Shown piece by piece: positions 42,843-52,526 of a stretch of DNA of 64,000 bases. Position 1 is the stretch's first letter; each line of letters starts with the position of its first letter. The position numbers and the translations under genes were made by a program. Below the pieces are notes generated by a model, which searched no databases, was not told where the DNA came from, and was given only the letters and a program-made list of their open reading frames with translations. The stretch covers positions 25,315-89,314 of the forward strand of contig JAEWCC010000007.1 of NCBI GenBank assembly GCA_023390815.1, written 5' to 3'. This DNA is from Bacillota bacterium (lineage in GTDB: Bacteria > Bacillota > Clostridia > Christensenellales > SZUA-584).

Positions 42843-44051
42843 TCAATCACATGGGTTAAAGCCTTCATATTCGCGGAATTTTAGGCCGATGCCGGTGTCC
42901 GAATGGTAAGCCAGCTCATCGATGTGACCTCCGGTCCATTTGTATTCATCAACAGCAAGCGTGTCAAAAGTAACATGGCGTTCTTCGATCAGTCTGGATG
43001 CGTCGCGGCCTAAAACAGTCAATGCGAGCTTGTCGTGCTCAAATAAATCCATTAGCGCCTGCGCCGCCTTTTCCCGGATGTCGTAATCCGCATCTGACAG
43101 TTCGCCGTGAAGCCTGACCGCCTCCCTGTTGCATTCAGGCAGGCCTTCATAAGCGGCAATACGCACCCCTATGCTGCAATCATGAATGGCCGCATCACGC
43201 ATCCACTCCGTTTTATTGGGGAAATCTGAATTGACCAGTTTTTTTGCTGCCTCAGGACGCAGATACCAATCGGACGTGTTTTTGACTAAGTCCATCAGCA
43301 AATCAGGGTTGGATATTTGGTTTAACAAATTAATTCTATCATAAGTAATTTTTCCATAACGGAGCATCACATGCACAGCTTCCTCGTTGTGCCCGAGCCG
43401 TTTATAAAGATACTCCTTTTGGGAAAGCGTCAGTCTTTCGTCCTGTAGCTGCGTTTCTAGCAGTGCGATATCCGTGCAATTTTCCACTGCGGTAAACCAG
43501 TTCGTTTCCTGCGGATTCATCACATACCAGGCGATGATGCTTTGATTCTCCAGTTCAATTGCCGCATGCAATCTGTTCGAAGGCAAGGCATCCTCTCCGC
43601 AAACTGATTGCCGAAGCGCTTCATCATTCAGCCTCCGAAACGCCAGAACGCCCGCCTTTTTCCATTCGGCGGTTTTAGCCACCTGCGCTAGCAAAGTTTC
43701 ATCAGATAGCGTTTCCACCGCGGCAACGTAGAGATCCTTCTCGTTAATTGCCAAGCGGTACAGCAGAGACTGATTCATAGATTTTCTGATAGCTGCTTCC
43801 CGCGCCTTCGCGATATACGGGCCACCCGCAATGCTGTCGATGAATTCCGGGTCTGAAATAATCGTAACCGCGGCGCACTGGGTTGGAGGCCAGCCGGCTT
43901 TACAGGCGATCTCGCATAAGGCCTCCCGATCTCCTTTCAGCCGCTCTATTCCTATCTCCGCGAGCTTGTTGTCATGGGTTTTGGTTATCGTCTTTATGAG
44001 CCAGCGTCGGCTCTTAGTACGCCGCATCTTTCTGAGTTTACCAGATTCCAT
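42843..44051 (-). CDS. HEAT-like repeat / HxD-tail family protein, KLRKMRRTKSxRW N-terminal variant (member 3)
   Basis: Start moved to the ATG at 44051 (MESGKLRKMRRTKSRRW, RBS AAGGAGG), which removes the overlap with the upstream gene. Tail GGHIDELAYHSDTGIGLKFREYEGFNPCD. Confidence 0.75.
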   Translation of the reverse strand: MESGKLRKMRRTKSRRWLIKTITKTHDNKLAEIGIERLKGDREALCEIACKAGWPPTQCAAVTIISDPEFIDSIAGGPYIAKAREAAIRKSMNQSLLYRLAINEKDLYVAAVETLSDETLLAQVAKTAEWKKAGVLAFRRLNDEALRQSVCGEDALPSNRLHAAIELENQSIIAWYVMNPQETNWFTAVENCTDIALLETQLQDERLTLSQKEYLYKRLGHNEEAVHVMLRYGKITYDRINLLNQISNPDLLMDLVKNTSDWYLRPEAAKKLVNSDFPNKTEWMRDAAIHDCSIGVRIAAYEGLPECNREAVRLHGELSDADYDIREKAAQALMDLFEHDKLALTVLGRDASRLIEERHVTFDTLAVDEYKWTGGHIDELAYHSDTGIGLKFREYEGFNPCD

Positions 44052-44124
44052 TCGTGATTCCTCCTTGCTATGAATCAATGCTCGCCTCCAACCGTGATTC
44101 TTCACCTTTACTCGTGCCTTTTCG

Positions 44125-45390
44125 TCACGTGTCAAAGCCTTCATATTCGCGAAATTTAAGGCCAATTCCAGTATCCGTATGGAAACCCGGTTCGTCAGCA
44201 TAAGTTCCGTTCCACATCACTTCATCAAGGTACGGCGATTCAGACGATTCTCGGGGCATTTCTATTCGCTTTAACGCGGCGCGGCCTAAAACTGTCAAAG
44301 CGAACCGATCCTGCTCGAAAATATCCATCAATTGATGCGCTGCGCTCACCCGGTCTGTGTAAAGAGAAGAGTCCAGATCGTTGTATAGCCTGACTGCATC
44401 TTTGCTGTACTCCGGCAGATACGCATATGCGGCAATGCGCACGCAGATATCAATATCGTGCAAAGCGGTATTTCGCAGCCATTCCATTAGGTCAGGAAAC
44501 TCCGATTTTACCAGCCGACTCAGCGCTTCTTTTCTGATCGTTGTATCCGTGTTGGTTTTAAATACTTCCATCAGCGCTTTGTAATCGCCAAGTTCAGCAG
44601 CTGCCCCAAGCCTGTTCTCTGGCTTCGCGTCTTCGCCGCATACAGAGCGCCGCAGCGTCTCATCTGTCAGCTTGTTGAATGCCAGTACACCCGACTTTTC
44701 CCATTCTGCGTTCTTGGCTATCTCTACCAGCAGTGCTTCATTGGCCAGTGTTTCTACTGCTTTTTCCAGCCGATTCAGCGTTTCTTGCCGCGTCTGTATC
44801 TCCGGAGTATTTTTAAATACTTCCACCAGCGTCTCGTAATCTCCAAGCTCGGCGGCAGCCTGAAACCTGTTCTCCGACTTTGCATCCTTGCCGCATACGG
44901 AACGCCGCAACGTCTCATCTGCCAGCTTGTTAAATGCCAGCACACCCGCCCTTTCCCATTCGGCGGTCTTGGCTACCTCTGCAAGAAATTCTTGATCGGT
45001 CAGCGTTTCTACCGCGGCTCCATATAATCGCTTATCATATATAGCCAGCTCGCGCAGCAGCGGTTGATTGACCGATTTCCGGATTGCCGCTTCCCGCACC
45101 CGAGGTTTATACTCCTTAATAGGCAAACTGCCGCACACCCCCCGGCGAACAGAGTCTTTTATCTCTGCGATTGCGTCGATGAGTTCCGGGCTTTGTATAT
45201 ACTGTATTGCGGCAATTGATCCAGCCGCCCATCTAGCTTCGCGCATGATCTCGCCGAGCGCCGCCTGATCACCGCTCAGCCGCGCCGCACCCAACGCTGC
45301 CAGCTCGTCATCGTTTGTTCTGATTACCGTCTTCTTAATCCAGCGCATGCTCTTCGTGCGCCGCATCTTTCTTAATTTCCAAGGCTGCAT
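44125..45390 (-). CDS. HEAT-like repeat / HxD-tail family protein, KLRKMRRTKSxRW N-terminal variant (member 4)
   Basis: MQPWKLRKMRRTKSMRW. Internal ~70-aa duplication (AKTAEWERAGVLAFNKLADETLRRSVCGKDAK... / AKNAEWEKSGVLAFNKLTDETLRRSVCGEDAK...). Tail GFHTDTGIGLKFREYEGFDT. Confidence 0.75.
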   Translation of the reverse strand: MQPWKLRKMRRTKSMRWIKKTVIRTNDDELAALGAARLSGDQAALGEIMREARWAAGSIAAIQYIQSPELIDAIAEIKDSVRRGVCGSLPIKEYKPRVREAAIRKSVNQPLLRELAIYDKRLYGAAVETLTDQEFLAEVAKTAEWERAGVLAFNKLADETLRRSVCGKDAKSENRFQAAAELGDYETLVEVFKNTPEIQTRQETLNRLEKAVETLANEALLVEIAKNAEWEKSGVLAFNKLTDETLRRSVCGEDAKPENRLGAAAELGDYKALMEVFKTNTDTTIRKEALSRLVKSEFPDLMEWLRNTALHDIDICVRIAAYAYLPEYSKDAVRLYNDLDSSLYTDRVSAAHQLMDIFEQDRFALTVLGRAALKRIEMPRESSESPYLDEVMWNGTYADEPGFHTDTGIGLKFREYEGFDT

Positions 45391-45424
45391 TGGCGACTCC
45401 TCCTTGTTTGGTCAAATCATAACT

Positions 45425-47623
45425 TCATTCAAATTCGATGGTTTCCTCCACCATTACATCGCAGCTTTTTGATGCACAAGAAGAATTGAAATCATGATGC
45501 AGGGAAACATTTCTGCCGCCAATTCCCTCAAGCTTCTCCCGGTAATGTTCCGACCTTCCATATGCATAGCGCAGAAAGGCTAAAGTTTCTTTAAACTTTT
45601 CCAGCTCTGTTCTGTGCAAAAGGTAATCAATCTGCATCTGCATGAACTCTATACCACCGTACCGGATACACACGTCTTTCTCGTCTTCACCTGTAAGCCC
45701 CGCAATAATTGCCGCAAAGCGCAGCGCTGCCTCCTCATCACCCTTCCGCAGATTAAGCGCTGCAGCCGCCACGATCTCATCCCGTTTACCGGCAAAAGCA
45801 TCGCTGCACAACAGCTTTCTCGCAAGTATGATACTTACGCTGTTGCGGCTGACCATGTCAAGCAATACTTCCCACCTTTTAAGCCGCCACGCGGCCGCGG
45901 CGTGCAAACTTAATTTCTTATCATCAAGCGCTATTTTTTCAATGAAATCCTGATCCTCAATACGTTCGATCGCAGCAGCACTCACAAGAAATGACTCGTC
46001 ATCTTCGTCGGCGAGTACATACGTTTTTAAAAAGTCCTGATCCGTAATGCGTTTAATCGCCGCAACTCGCACGCTTATCGATTCGTCATGAAGCACGGCT
46101 TCCTTGAGAGCATCCCCGTCTGCCTGCTCTAATGCCGCGATACGCATGGCCTCCAGCTTTTTATATGCCACGTAGTACACATCGCCTGTAGGCTTGGCCT
46201 CTCGAATAATCTCCTTAAGCGCTGCTTCTTCTTCAACCCTCTCCGCAGCCGCTTTGGAAAAACGATTGCGGCCCACCGCAACTTTAAGTAAAATGCTTGT
46301 GTCAGATATATAGTTCAATGCTTCGACGCCGATATATGTATCCAGTCCATCCGCAAGGCCCATGGCCTGATAGATGATGTCCTGATTGTGTATTCTGCTG
46401 AGCGCTGCTTCTACAAGTTGCTTATCATCTTCCGACTGCCTGAACTGCGTACGCTCCCAAACTACCTGCCCCAGCCGTTCATCCACCGTTAAACGGCTGA
46501 CCGCAGCCAGTCGTATCGGCTGCTGGTAACGGTATCTGTCACATGCCAGCTCCGCAAGCAGCGGCTGGCTGGTCAGACGCAGTACTGTTTTCTCGTCCAA
46601 CTCCCTCATATGACGCCGCGCGTACAGGTTTAAGTCGGACGGATCTGTAATCAGCGATACCGCTTTCTGGCGTGCCTTATGATACCGGGATTTGATTGCC
46701 ACATCCAAAAGCTGTTCTTTCGAAAGCGAGGCCGAAGTTGTATTTGCTGGTTTTTTTTCGCTGCCTTTTTTCTCAGCCGTCGCAGGCCGAAGCGCTTTGC
46801 TCAGGAGGTCCTCTGAAACGTCGTCGGGATTCATGGTAATAAACTGAATGATGTCGGCCTGCACTATTAGCCTATCCGCCGCTTCCTGCCGGATGACGGA
46901 TGAGCCGTTATGCAGAGCTATTTCAAGTAGTGTTGACTGATCGGTGATACGTTCGAGCGCCATCTGTCTCGCTTTGATAGCTTTTGCAGTGCGGACCGCT
47001 TCAAGCACCGACTCTGGTGCTGTAAGCCGCTGCACCAGTACTCCCGCGGATTCGCTCAGAGTAATACCTATATCGTCAATGGTTTCCAGTGTCTTTAATA
47101 TCGTTGTATCCGAAAACCGCCATATAAGCGCGTCCATCTCCTGCGCGGTGCACGAGAATAACCCCACGCAATGCAAAAGTACCATCGACATATAATTATC
47201 GTCTTTAACGCAGCGCTTCAGATATTCATTCCTTTCCTTAGGCTCGAGGGCTTTCAGAAACTTTGCAAATAAGGCCGGATCCGCCGTCAGATCCATTGCG
47301 GCGTTAAGCAGCGCCGTCACACGAGGCTCCCCCAAAGATGCTTCGTATTCCAGGCGCTGCAATATAACTGGAAACTCCTGATGGTTATCCGCAATGCGCA
47401 AAAGCGCAGCAGCTGCAACATGCGCACTGATACGTGATTCGCCAAGCGCCAGCTGCTCAAGCAGCAGTTCGTCTTTGATACGCGAAACGGCAAAAAACGC
47501 CACCATCTCATCATGCGCGCCTTTCGCCGCGCGCAGCAGCGCGCCATCGGATTTCAGCAAAGACACTGCGGCTAACGCCTTCTTAGTATCCTTTTTATGC
47601 CACTCATTTGAAAACAATCCCAT
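45425..47623 (-). CDS. MGLF / HEAT-like repeat / HxD-tail family protein (member 5, 732 aa)
   Basis: Start moved to the ATG at 47623 (MGLFSNEWHKKDTKKALAAV, RBS GGGAGG). Tail VSLHHDFNSSCASKSCDVMVEETIEFE. Confidence 0.75.
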   Translation of the reverse strand: MGLFSNEWHKKDTKKALAAVSLLKSDGALLRAAKGAHDEMVAFFAVSRIKDELLLEQLALGESRISAHVAAAALLRIADNHQEFPVILQRLEYEASLGEPRVTALLNAAMDLTADPALFAKFLKALEPKERNEYLKRCVKDDNYMSMVLLHCVGLFSCTAQEMDALIWRFSDTTILKTLETIDDIGITLSESAGVLVQRLTAPESVLEAVRTAKAIKARQMALERITDQSTLLEIALHNGSSVIRQEAADRLIVQADIIQFITMNPDDVSEDLLSKALRPATAEKKGSEKKPANTTSASLSKEQLLDVAIKSRYHKARQKAVSLITDPSDLNLYARRHMRELDEKTVLRLTSQPLLAELACDRYRYQQPIRLAAVSRLTVDERLGQVVWERTQFRQSEDDKQLVEAALSRIHNQDIIYQAMGLADGLDTYIGVEALNYISDTSILLKVAVGRNRFSKAAAERVEEEAALKEIIREAKPTGDVYYVAYKKLEAMRIAALEQADGDALKEAVLHDESISVRVAAIKRITDQDFLKTYVLADEDDESFLVSAAAIERIEDQDFIEKIALDDKKLSLHAAAAWRLKRWEVLLDMVSRNSVSIILARKLLCSDAFAGKRDEIVAAAALNLRKGDEEAALRFAAIIAGLTGEDEKDVCIRYGGIEFMQMQIDYLLHRTELEKFKETLAFLRYAYGRSEHYREKLEGIGGRNVSLHHDFNSSCASKSCDVMVEETIEFE

Positions 47624-47868
47624 GCGTTTTCCTCCCTCGCACCGCTGCAGGACAGCAGCCGCGATCACCGTTCCGGGTCGAAATAAAACCCATAATCCGC
47701 GTATCTACCGTTACGGTGAGTGTTGAGGGTATACCTCCCCTGCTGCTGCGCAATGCGTTTCCTGTATAGGTCTGAATGCCGATAAAGCGCAAGCATGAGC
47801 CTTTCTCGCAAAAAACTCAATTTACAGGTCAATCGTTGCCGGTAGTCGCTGCCCAAGAATATTTCAGA

Positions 47869-48981
47869 TCATACGGGCAAGTCAAAGTGCACCTTTGCTT
47901 TGTCTTCATGCGGAGAACAACGATCTTCTCTATAATCGTCATGCGCGTGATATATACGCCGGGGGATTACCAAAATCGCTTCACGCACAGCATCGTCCTT
48001 GGCTTCGCGGTACATTTCCATTAAGGCTTGCTGCGCAAAGGGCGCAGCGCGTCGACTTTTTTCCATTATACGCAGAAGCGCTTCCACCGATGCTTTGGTT
48101 CGGATATCTCTGAACCGGTCACAAACTTCCCGATATTGATGAAAATCTTTGCGATCAATCAGCCTCTCCAATGCCGGAACAACACGTGGATCGTCAAGTT
48201 CCATCAGATAATACGCATTATCGTTGCGCAGACACCCGCTTATTAAAGAGGCAAGCGGCTGTGAATAGTGTGAAGAATCACGCTTCATGAGTTCAACTGC
48301 CACAAGGCAGCGGACATACTTCAAGTTATCGGTGCGGAGCGCGAAGGACAGCAGCGAAGCATTGGATAATCGCGACATGGCCAATTCAGCAATTCTTGCT
48401 CGGCACTTCTCGTCCGCATCTTCCAAAATATTTTTTTCGAGCAGGGCTAAATCGTCAATCTTATCGAAAATGTCCTTATTCCAATAGGGGTCTCGACGAA
48501 AACAGAAATACAATGTGTTTGGATCGGCAGTAATTTTTGCCAGGTGTTGGGCGGTATTCCTGCAGACCTGGTGGTCCTTTTCAGTCATTATGAGTTTTTT
48601 CAGCAGTTCCACGTTCATTATTCTTTCCGAGGCATTCATTCTGGCGAAGAGACTTGTTGCTTCTGCCGCTATCTTGAACAGCATATTATCGTCGCTGATT
48701 TCCTCCATTGCTTTTCTCGCAAATTGACTCGCCTTATTACGATAAATTTTTGAATAATCGCATTTTATAATTGCCTCCGTTCGCACATAAACCGAGCTAT
48801 CCGTTGCGGCGATTTTCGCGATTACTTCCTGATCCGTCAGCTTTTTTACAGCAATGGCGCGCGTTGTTTCAAGCGGTGCTTTGAGCGCTGCTTCGGCTAT
48901 CTTTTTCTGGTCGTTCAGATTTCCAATGGCATTTTCAGCCCGAGGCCTGTCCTTGCTCATCCATGGTGTAAATAATCCCAT
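47869..48981 (-). CDS. MGLF / HEAT-like repeat / HxD-tail family protein (member 6)
   Basis: Start moved to the ATG at 48981 (MGLFTPWMSKDRPRAENAIGNLNDQKKIAEAAL, RBS AGGAGG). Tail IYHAHDDYREDRCSPHEDKAKVHFDLPV. Confidence 0.8.
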   Translation of the reverse strand: MGLFTPWMSKDRPRAENAIGNLNDQKKIAEAALKAPLETTRAIAVKKLTDQEVIAKIAATDSSVYVRTEAIIKCDYSKIYRNKASQFARKAMEEISDDNMLFKIAAEATSLFARMNASERIMNVELLKKLIMTEKDHQVCRNTAQHLAKITADPNTLYFCFRRDPYWNKDIFDKIDDLALLEKNILEDADEKCRARIAELAMSRLSNASLLSFALRTDNLKYVRCLVAVELMKRDSSHYSQPLASLISGCLRNDNAYYLMELDDPRVVPALERLIDRKDFHQYREVCDRFRDIRTKASVEALLRIMEKSRRAAPFAQQALMEMYREAKDDAVREAILVIPRRIYHAHDDYREDRCSPHEDKAKVHFDLPV

Positions 48982-49080
48982 ATTAGTACCTCCTATTGGG
49001 GTGCAAAGCATCTTCATTCATCGTAAAACTCTTAATCTTCATGTCTAGTGCTATTAACAGCGGGTACTCAAAAAAACGGC

Positions 49081-50439
49081 TTACATAGACAGGTCGAAGT
49101 GCACCGCTGAATCATCAATGTGGTTACAATTATTGTTACCTTTGTCCTTGTCGGAATGCTCATGATAAACGCGCTGAGGTATTTTCAATATGGTTTCTCG
49201 TGCCGCATCATCCTTAGTCTCGCGGTATATTTTAATCAGGGTTTCCCGTGCGAAAGTCCCGCCCTCATGATTCTTTTGCATAATACGCATCAGCGCTTCT
49301 ATTGATGCTTTTGTTTGGATTCTGCCGAGCTCTTCACAACAATTACGTTTGAGAATATGGTCTTTCTCACTTTTACAAGCCATCGCCTCCAAAGCCGGAA
49401 TAAGACGGAAGTTATCGATCACCTTAAGTTCCGCCAGATCGAGCACTCGTTGGCTGTGCAGACATTCGTTTATTAATGTGGCAAGCGGCTGTGAATAGCG
49501 TGAAGCCTCGCGCTTCATGAGTTCAACTGCCACATCACAACGTTTATTCTTTTCGTTATCCGTACGCAGAGCATAAGAGAGCAGCGCGGCATCGGACAAC
49601 CGCTCCATTGCCCAACCTATAATCCCACTTCGGCATTTCTTGTTTGAGTCTTCCAAAAGTTTTTTTTCGAGAAAAGCTATATCATCAATCTTATCGATAA
49701 GGTGCTTAGAGCAATATGGATCTTGACTAAAACAGAAATACAATGTATTTGGGTCGTTCGCCTTTTTTGCAAGGCGAGTTAGTACGTTATAATAGACTTT
49801 CGTGTTTCCTTTTTGGGACATTACCAGTTCCTTCAATCGTTCTTCCCCATCTGAAAACTGCATAATCTTATCCAGTATCCAGTAGTCGTCTTTATTATTT
49901 TCGGCGGCAATCTTCAGAAGCAGTCCCTCGTTTTCAATCTTTTTCACGGCAGTTTCACGTGCCCTAAATTCATACGCTGATTTTGCTATCTCTGCCAGTG
50001 TATTTTCATCGCTGATTTGCTCAACAGCTTTGCACGACCGTTTCCCAATATAGTTTTCGCATGCAAGCTGCTTAAGTAGTTCCTTGTTCTTAATTTTTTC
50101 TATGGCGGCTATTGCTGTATCGTCGCAACGTGTCTCTTTTGCTATCTGGGCTAGTATATTTTCATCACAAGCTCGTTCAACTAATTTGCGCCCCGCTTCT
50201 TTATCAAAGTTTTCATATCGTCTTAGTGCCGTCTCGCGCATATAGTACGATCTATCCGCTATAACGATTGTAGCGATTACTTCCTGATCCGTCAGCTTTT
50301 TTACAGCGATGGCGCGCGTTGTTTCAAGCGGTGCCTTGAGCGCTGCTTCAGCAATCTTTTTCTGATCAGTCAGATTCTTAACGGCCTTTAGCGCCTTCGC
50401 TGCGTCTTTGCTCATCCATGCAGGTGCAAATAGTCCCAT
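49081..50439 (-). CDS. MGLF / HEAT-like repeat / HxD-tail family protein (member 7)
   Basis: MGLFAPAWMSKDAAKALKAVKNLTDQKKIAEAAL. Tail VYHEHSDKDKGNNNCNHIDDSAVHFDLSM. RBS AAGGAGA. Confidence 0.8.
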   Translation of the reverse strand: MGLFAPAWMSKDAAKALKAVKNLTDQKKIAEAALKAPLETTRAIAVKKLTDQEVIATIVIADRSYYMRETALRRYENFDKEAGRKLVERACDENILAQIAKETRCDDTAIAAIEKIKNKELLKQLACENYIGKRSCKAVEQISDENTLAEIAKSAYEFRARETAVKKIENEGLLLKIAAENNKDDYWILDKIMQFSDGEERLKELVMSQKGNTKVYYNVLTRLAKKANDPNTLYFCFSQDPYCSKHLIDKIDDIAFLEKKLLEDSNKKCRSGIIGWAMERLSDAALLSYALRTDNEKNKRCDVAVELMKREASRYSQPLATLINECLHSQRVLDLAELKVIDNFRLIPALEAMACKSEKDHILKRNCCEELGRIQTKASIEALMRIMQKNHEGGTFARETLIKIYRETKDDAARETILKIPQRVYHEHSDKDKGNNNCNHIDDSAVHFDLSM

Positions 50440-50724
50440 TTATATTCTCCTTTTCTATAGCTCAATCATGCCTTTTAAATGCTCAAATGTCCCCTTTTGC
50501 GCTGTGCAGTCAAATCGCCGCCATCGATGGTCCATTTATCTGAAACTCACATCGCTTCGTCTCGATTCGGTCCGAAACAGTAGACACACGACGCTTGACA
50601 GACCGCCGTTGTATAAGCATGAAATTGCGGGGCAAAATGAAAATAGCCCTACACCGCCGTTATGTTCACAATCCGGATTTACACAACTTTCCTCTCAAAT
50701 CGCACTCATATTTTTCACCTTGAT

Positions 50725-51294
50725 TTATTTTGGGAAATGCACTATGGGTAGTCTATCCTTCTGTCCTCTCAGTGCCCTACCTTTTATCAATTCGTCAATT
50801 CCCGCATAAGTGAAGGCAGCGCCAAGCATGCTGCATATCACACCCATAATTGCGTATAGAGCGCCTTCGTCTCCGGAAGAGAAACCCTTCTTGCCAAATT
50901 GAACAAGCATAAGGACGCCAAATGCTACGACAAATGGACAGAGTATTGCTTCCAACCATCCTCGTTTTGAATTATAAGCCCACTTCTGTTTGCTGTGGCA
51001 GTGGGGGCACTCTTTATAGGCATCCAAAAAATCATAGTTCCCTTTTTGCACTTGTGCTTGATAGAGGCTCAATTCCTTTTCTACGGCTTCCCGCGCTTTT
51101 CCCTCACCGCACCTACGCTCATAATCGGTTAATCCAAGGTCCCCCTGTTTGCCTGCGGTTTTCCTGTATTCATATATTAAGGCAACAGGCCTTTTCCCTG
51201 AAACGGCTTTACCGCAATTACCGCAGATATAATCAAACTGAACGTCTGCTTGTGATTGAAATTTGTATGTTGTTTCCCAATAATGGCGTGCCAT
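50725..51294 (-). CDS. Zinc-ribbon membrane protein
   Basis: Start moved to the ATG at 51294 (MARHYWETTYKF, RBS GGAGGG). CGNCG...CPHCH. Two C-terminal TM helices. Ends LPIVHFPK. Confidence 0.6.
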   Translation of the reverse strand: MARHYWETTYKFQSQADVQFDYICGNCGKAVSGKRPVALIYEYRKTAGKQGDLGLTDYERRCGEGKAREAVEKELSLYQAQVQKGNYDFLDAYKECPHCHSKQKWAYNSKRGWLEAILCPFVVAFGVLMLVQFGKKGFSSGDEGALYAIMGVICSMLGAAFTYAGIDELIKGRALRGQKDRLPIVHFPK

Positions 51295-51340
51295 ATCTAC
51301 CCTCCAACGCAAATTGATTTCTCTGTATATCAACAAAGCT

Positions 51341-52363
51341 TTATTTTGCGGGCGATTTGCCGAGCAGCCAATTAAATGTTGTTATGCGGTTGCCGACAGA
51401 GTTGTTCTCCCTTAGCGACGCGCGCGTTAATGCTTCTTGCAGGGCAGGGAACTTGGTAATCTGTGCTGGCTGATATTGCTTGCGCAACACGTCCGCACAT
51501 TCCCATCGCACAAAGCGGGCGGAGTCGCCCAATGCCTTGGTATAGAATGAAACAGCCGTATTTCTGCTCTCCTTTTCCGTGACATAACTCATCGAGGTAA
51601 CTGCGGCTCTGCGAATATAGACCGCATTGAACATATCGGAAAAGCCGCTCTCGGGGTGTGAATAGATATTGTCGTTTATATAATCGTAGAATGCCGAAAT
51701 GTAATCTGCTCGCCCCACCTCCGAGAACCGTCCCAACAATATGATACTGCGCTTCAAACAGTCCGAATAAGCTTCTATCACGGCGCTTTTGCGTTTATCC
51801 GCATCCTTGGAAAAATCCAGACTGCGAATAGGGGAAACATATTCATTGAATTGAACCAAAAGCTTGCTTACATAAACCTGCACCTGCGGATATGCAGCGG
51901 CTCCAAAGGATAAAAGCTCATCCTCAATGCACTTGCAGCCGTTACTGTTCTCTCCGGTGTAATGTTGCAAAAGACAGGGTATGGAAGCCTCTCCGCACGC
52001 GGCACATTTTATATAATCGCCCTGCTTTGCCCAGTATTTAGGAGTGCCCTCTGTCAGCTCGGCTTTTCTTCCCGATGCGTCGGCTTTCGCCTGCCGTTTC
52101 GCGTTTTCGGCTTTCTTCTGCTCACGCTCTTTTTCAAGCTGTTTGCACTCGCGGCGGGACTTACCCTTCAGATAAAGAAGTCTATCGTTCGCCAACTCTG
52201 TCACATCGTAAAACCGCGTTGTATCGGCCACCTCTTTCAGCCATTTGGGGTCGAAGCTGCTTACGGCCGCTTCCAAAGCGTTTTTATGCGCGGCGGCTTC
52301 GCCCTGCGTCACAACCGTCATGTTTTCGCAGTCTTTATAGGAAAAATGATTGAATAGTCCCAT
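51341..52363 (-). CDS. MGLF-initiated protein of unknown function (non-HEAT body, Cys cluster)
   Basis: MGLFNHFSYKD. Lys/Glu-rich coiled segment, then CAACGEASIPC...GCKC. RBS AAGGAGG. Confidence 0.6.
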   Translation of the reverse strand: MGLFNHFSYKDCENMTVVTQGEAAAHKNALEAAVSSFDPKWLKEVADTTRFYDVTELANDRLLYLKGKSRRECKQLEKEREQKKAENAKRQAKADASGRKAELTEGTPKYWAKQGDYIKCAACGEASIPCLLQHYTGENSNGCKCIEDELLSFGAAAYPQVQVYVSKLLVQFNEYVSPIRSLDFSKDADKRKSAVIEAYSDCLKRSIILLGRFSEVGRADYISAFYDYINDNIYSHPESGFSDMFNAVYIRRAAVTSMSYVTEKESRNTAVSFYTKALGDSARFVRWECADVLRKQYQPAQITKFPALQEALTRASLRENNSVGNRITTFNWLLGKSPAK

Positions 52364-52526
52364 TGCGCGCCTCCTTATTTATACTCATCTGCTTCGTCAC
52401 ATCTTTTAGGATGCATTGGCGCGGCCGTGCAAAATGCACCATCGTGTTGTTCGGGCTGTGTTAATCACTACGATCGGCTCTGCTTCTATGCATCTGGTTA
52501 TTTGATAACTGGTATGTTTCAACTAT

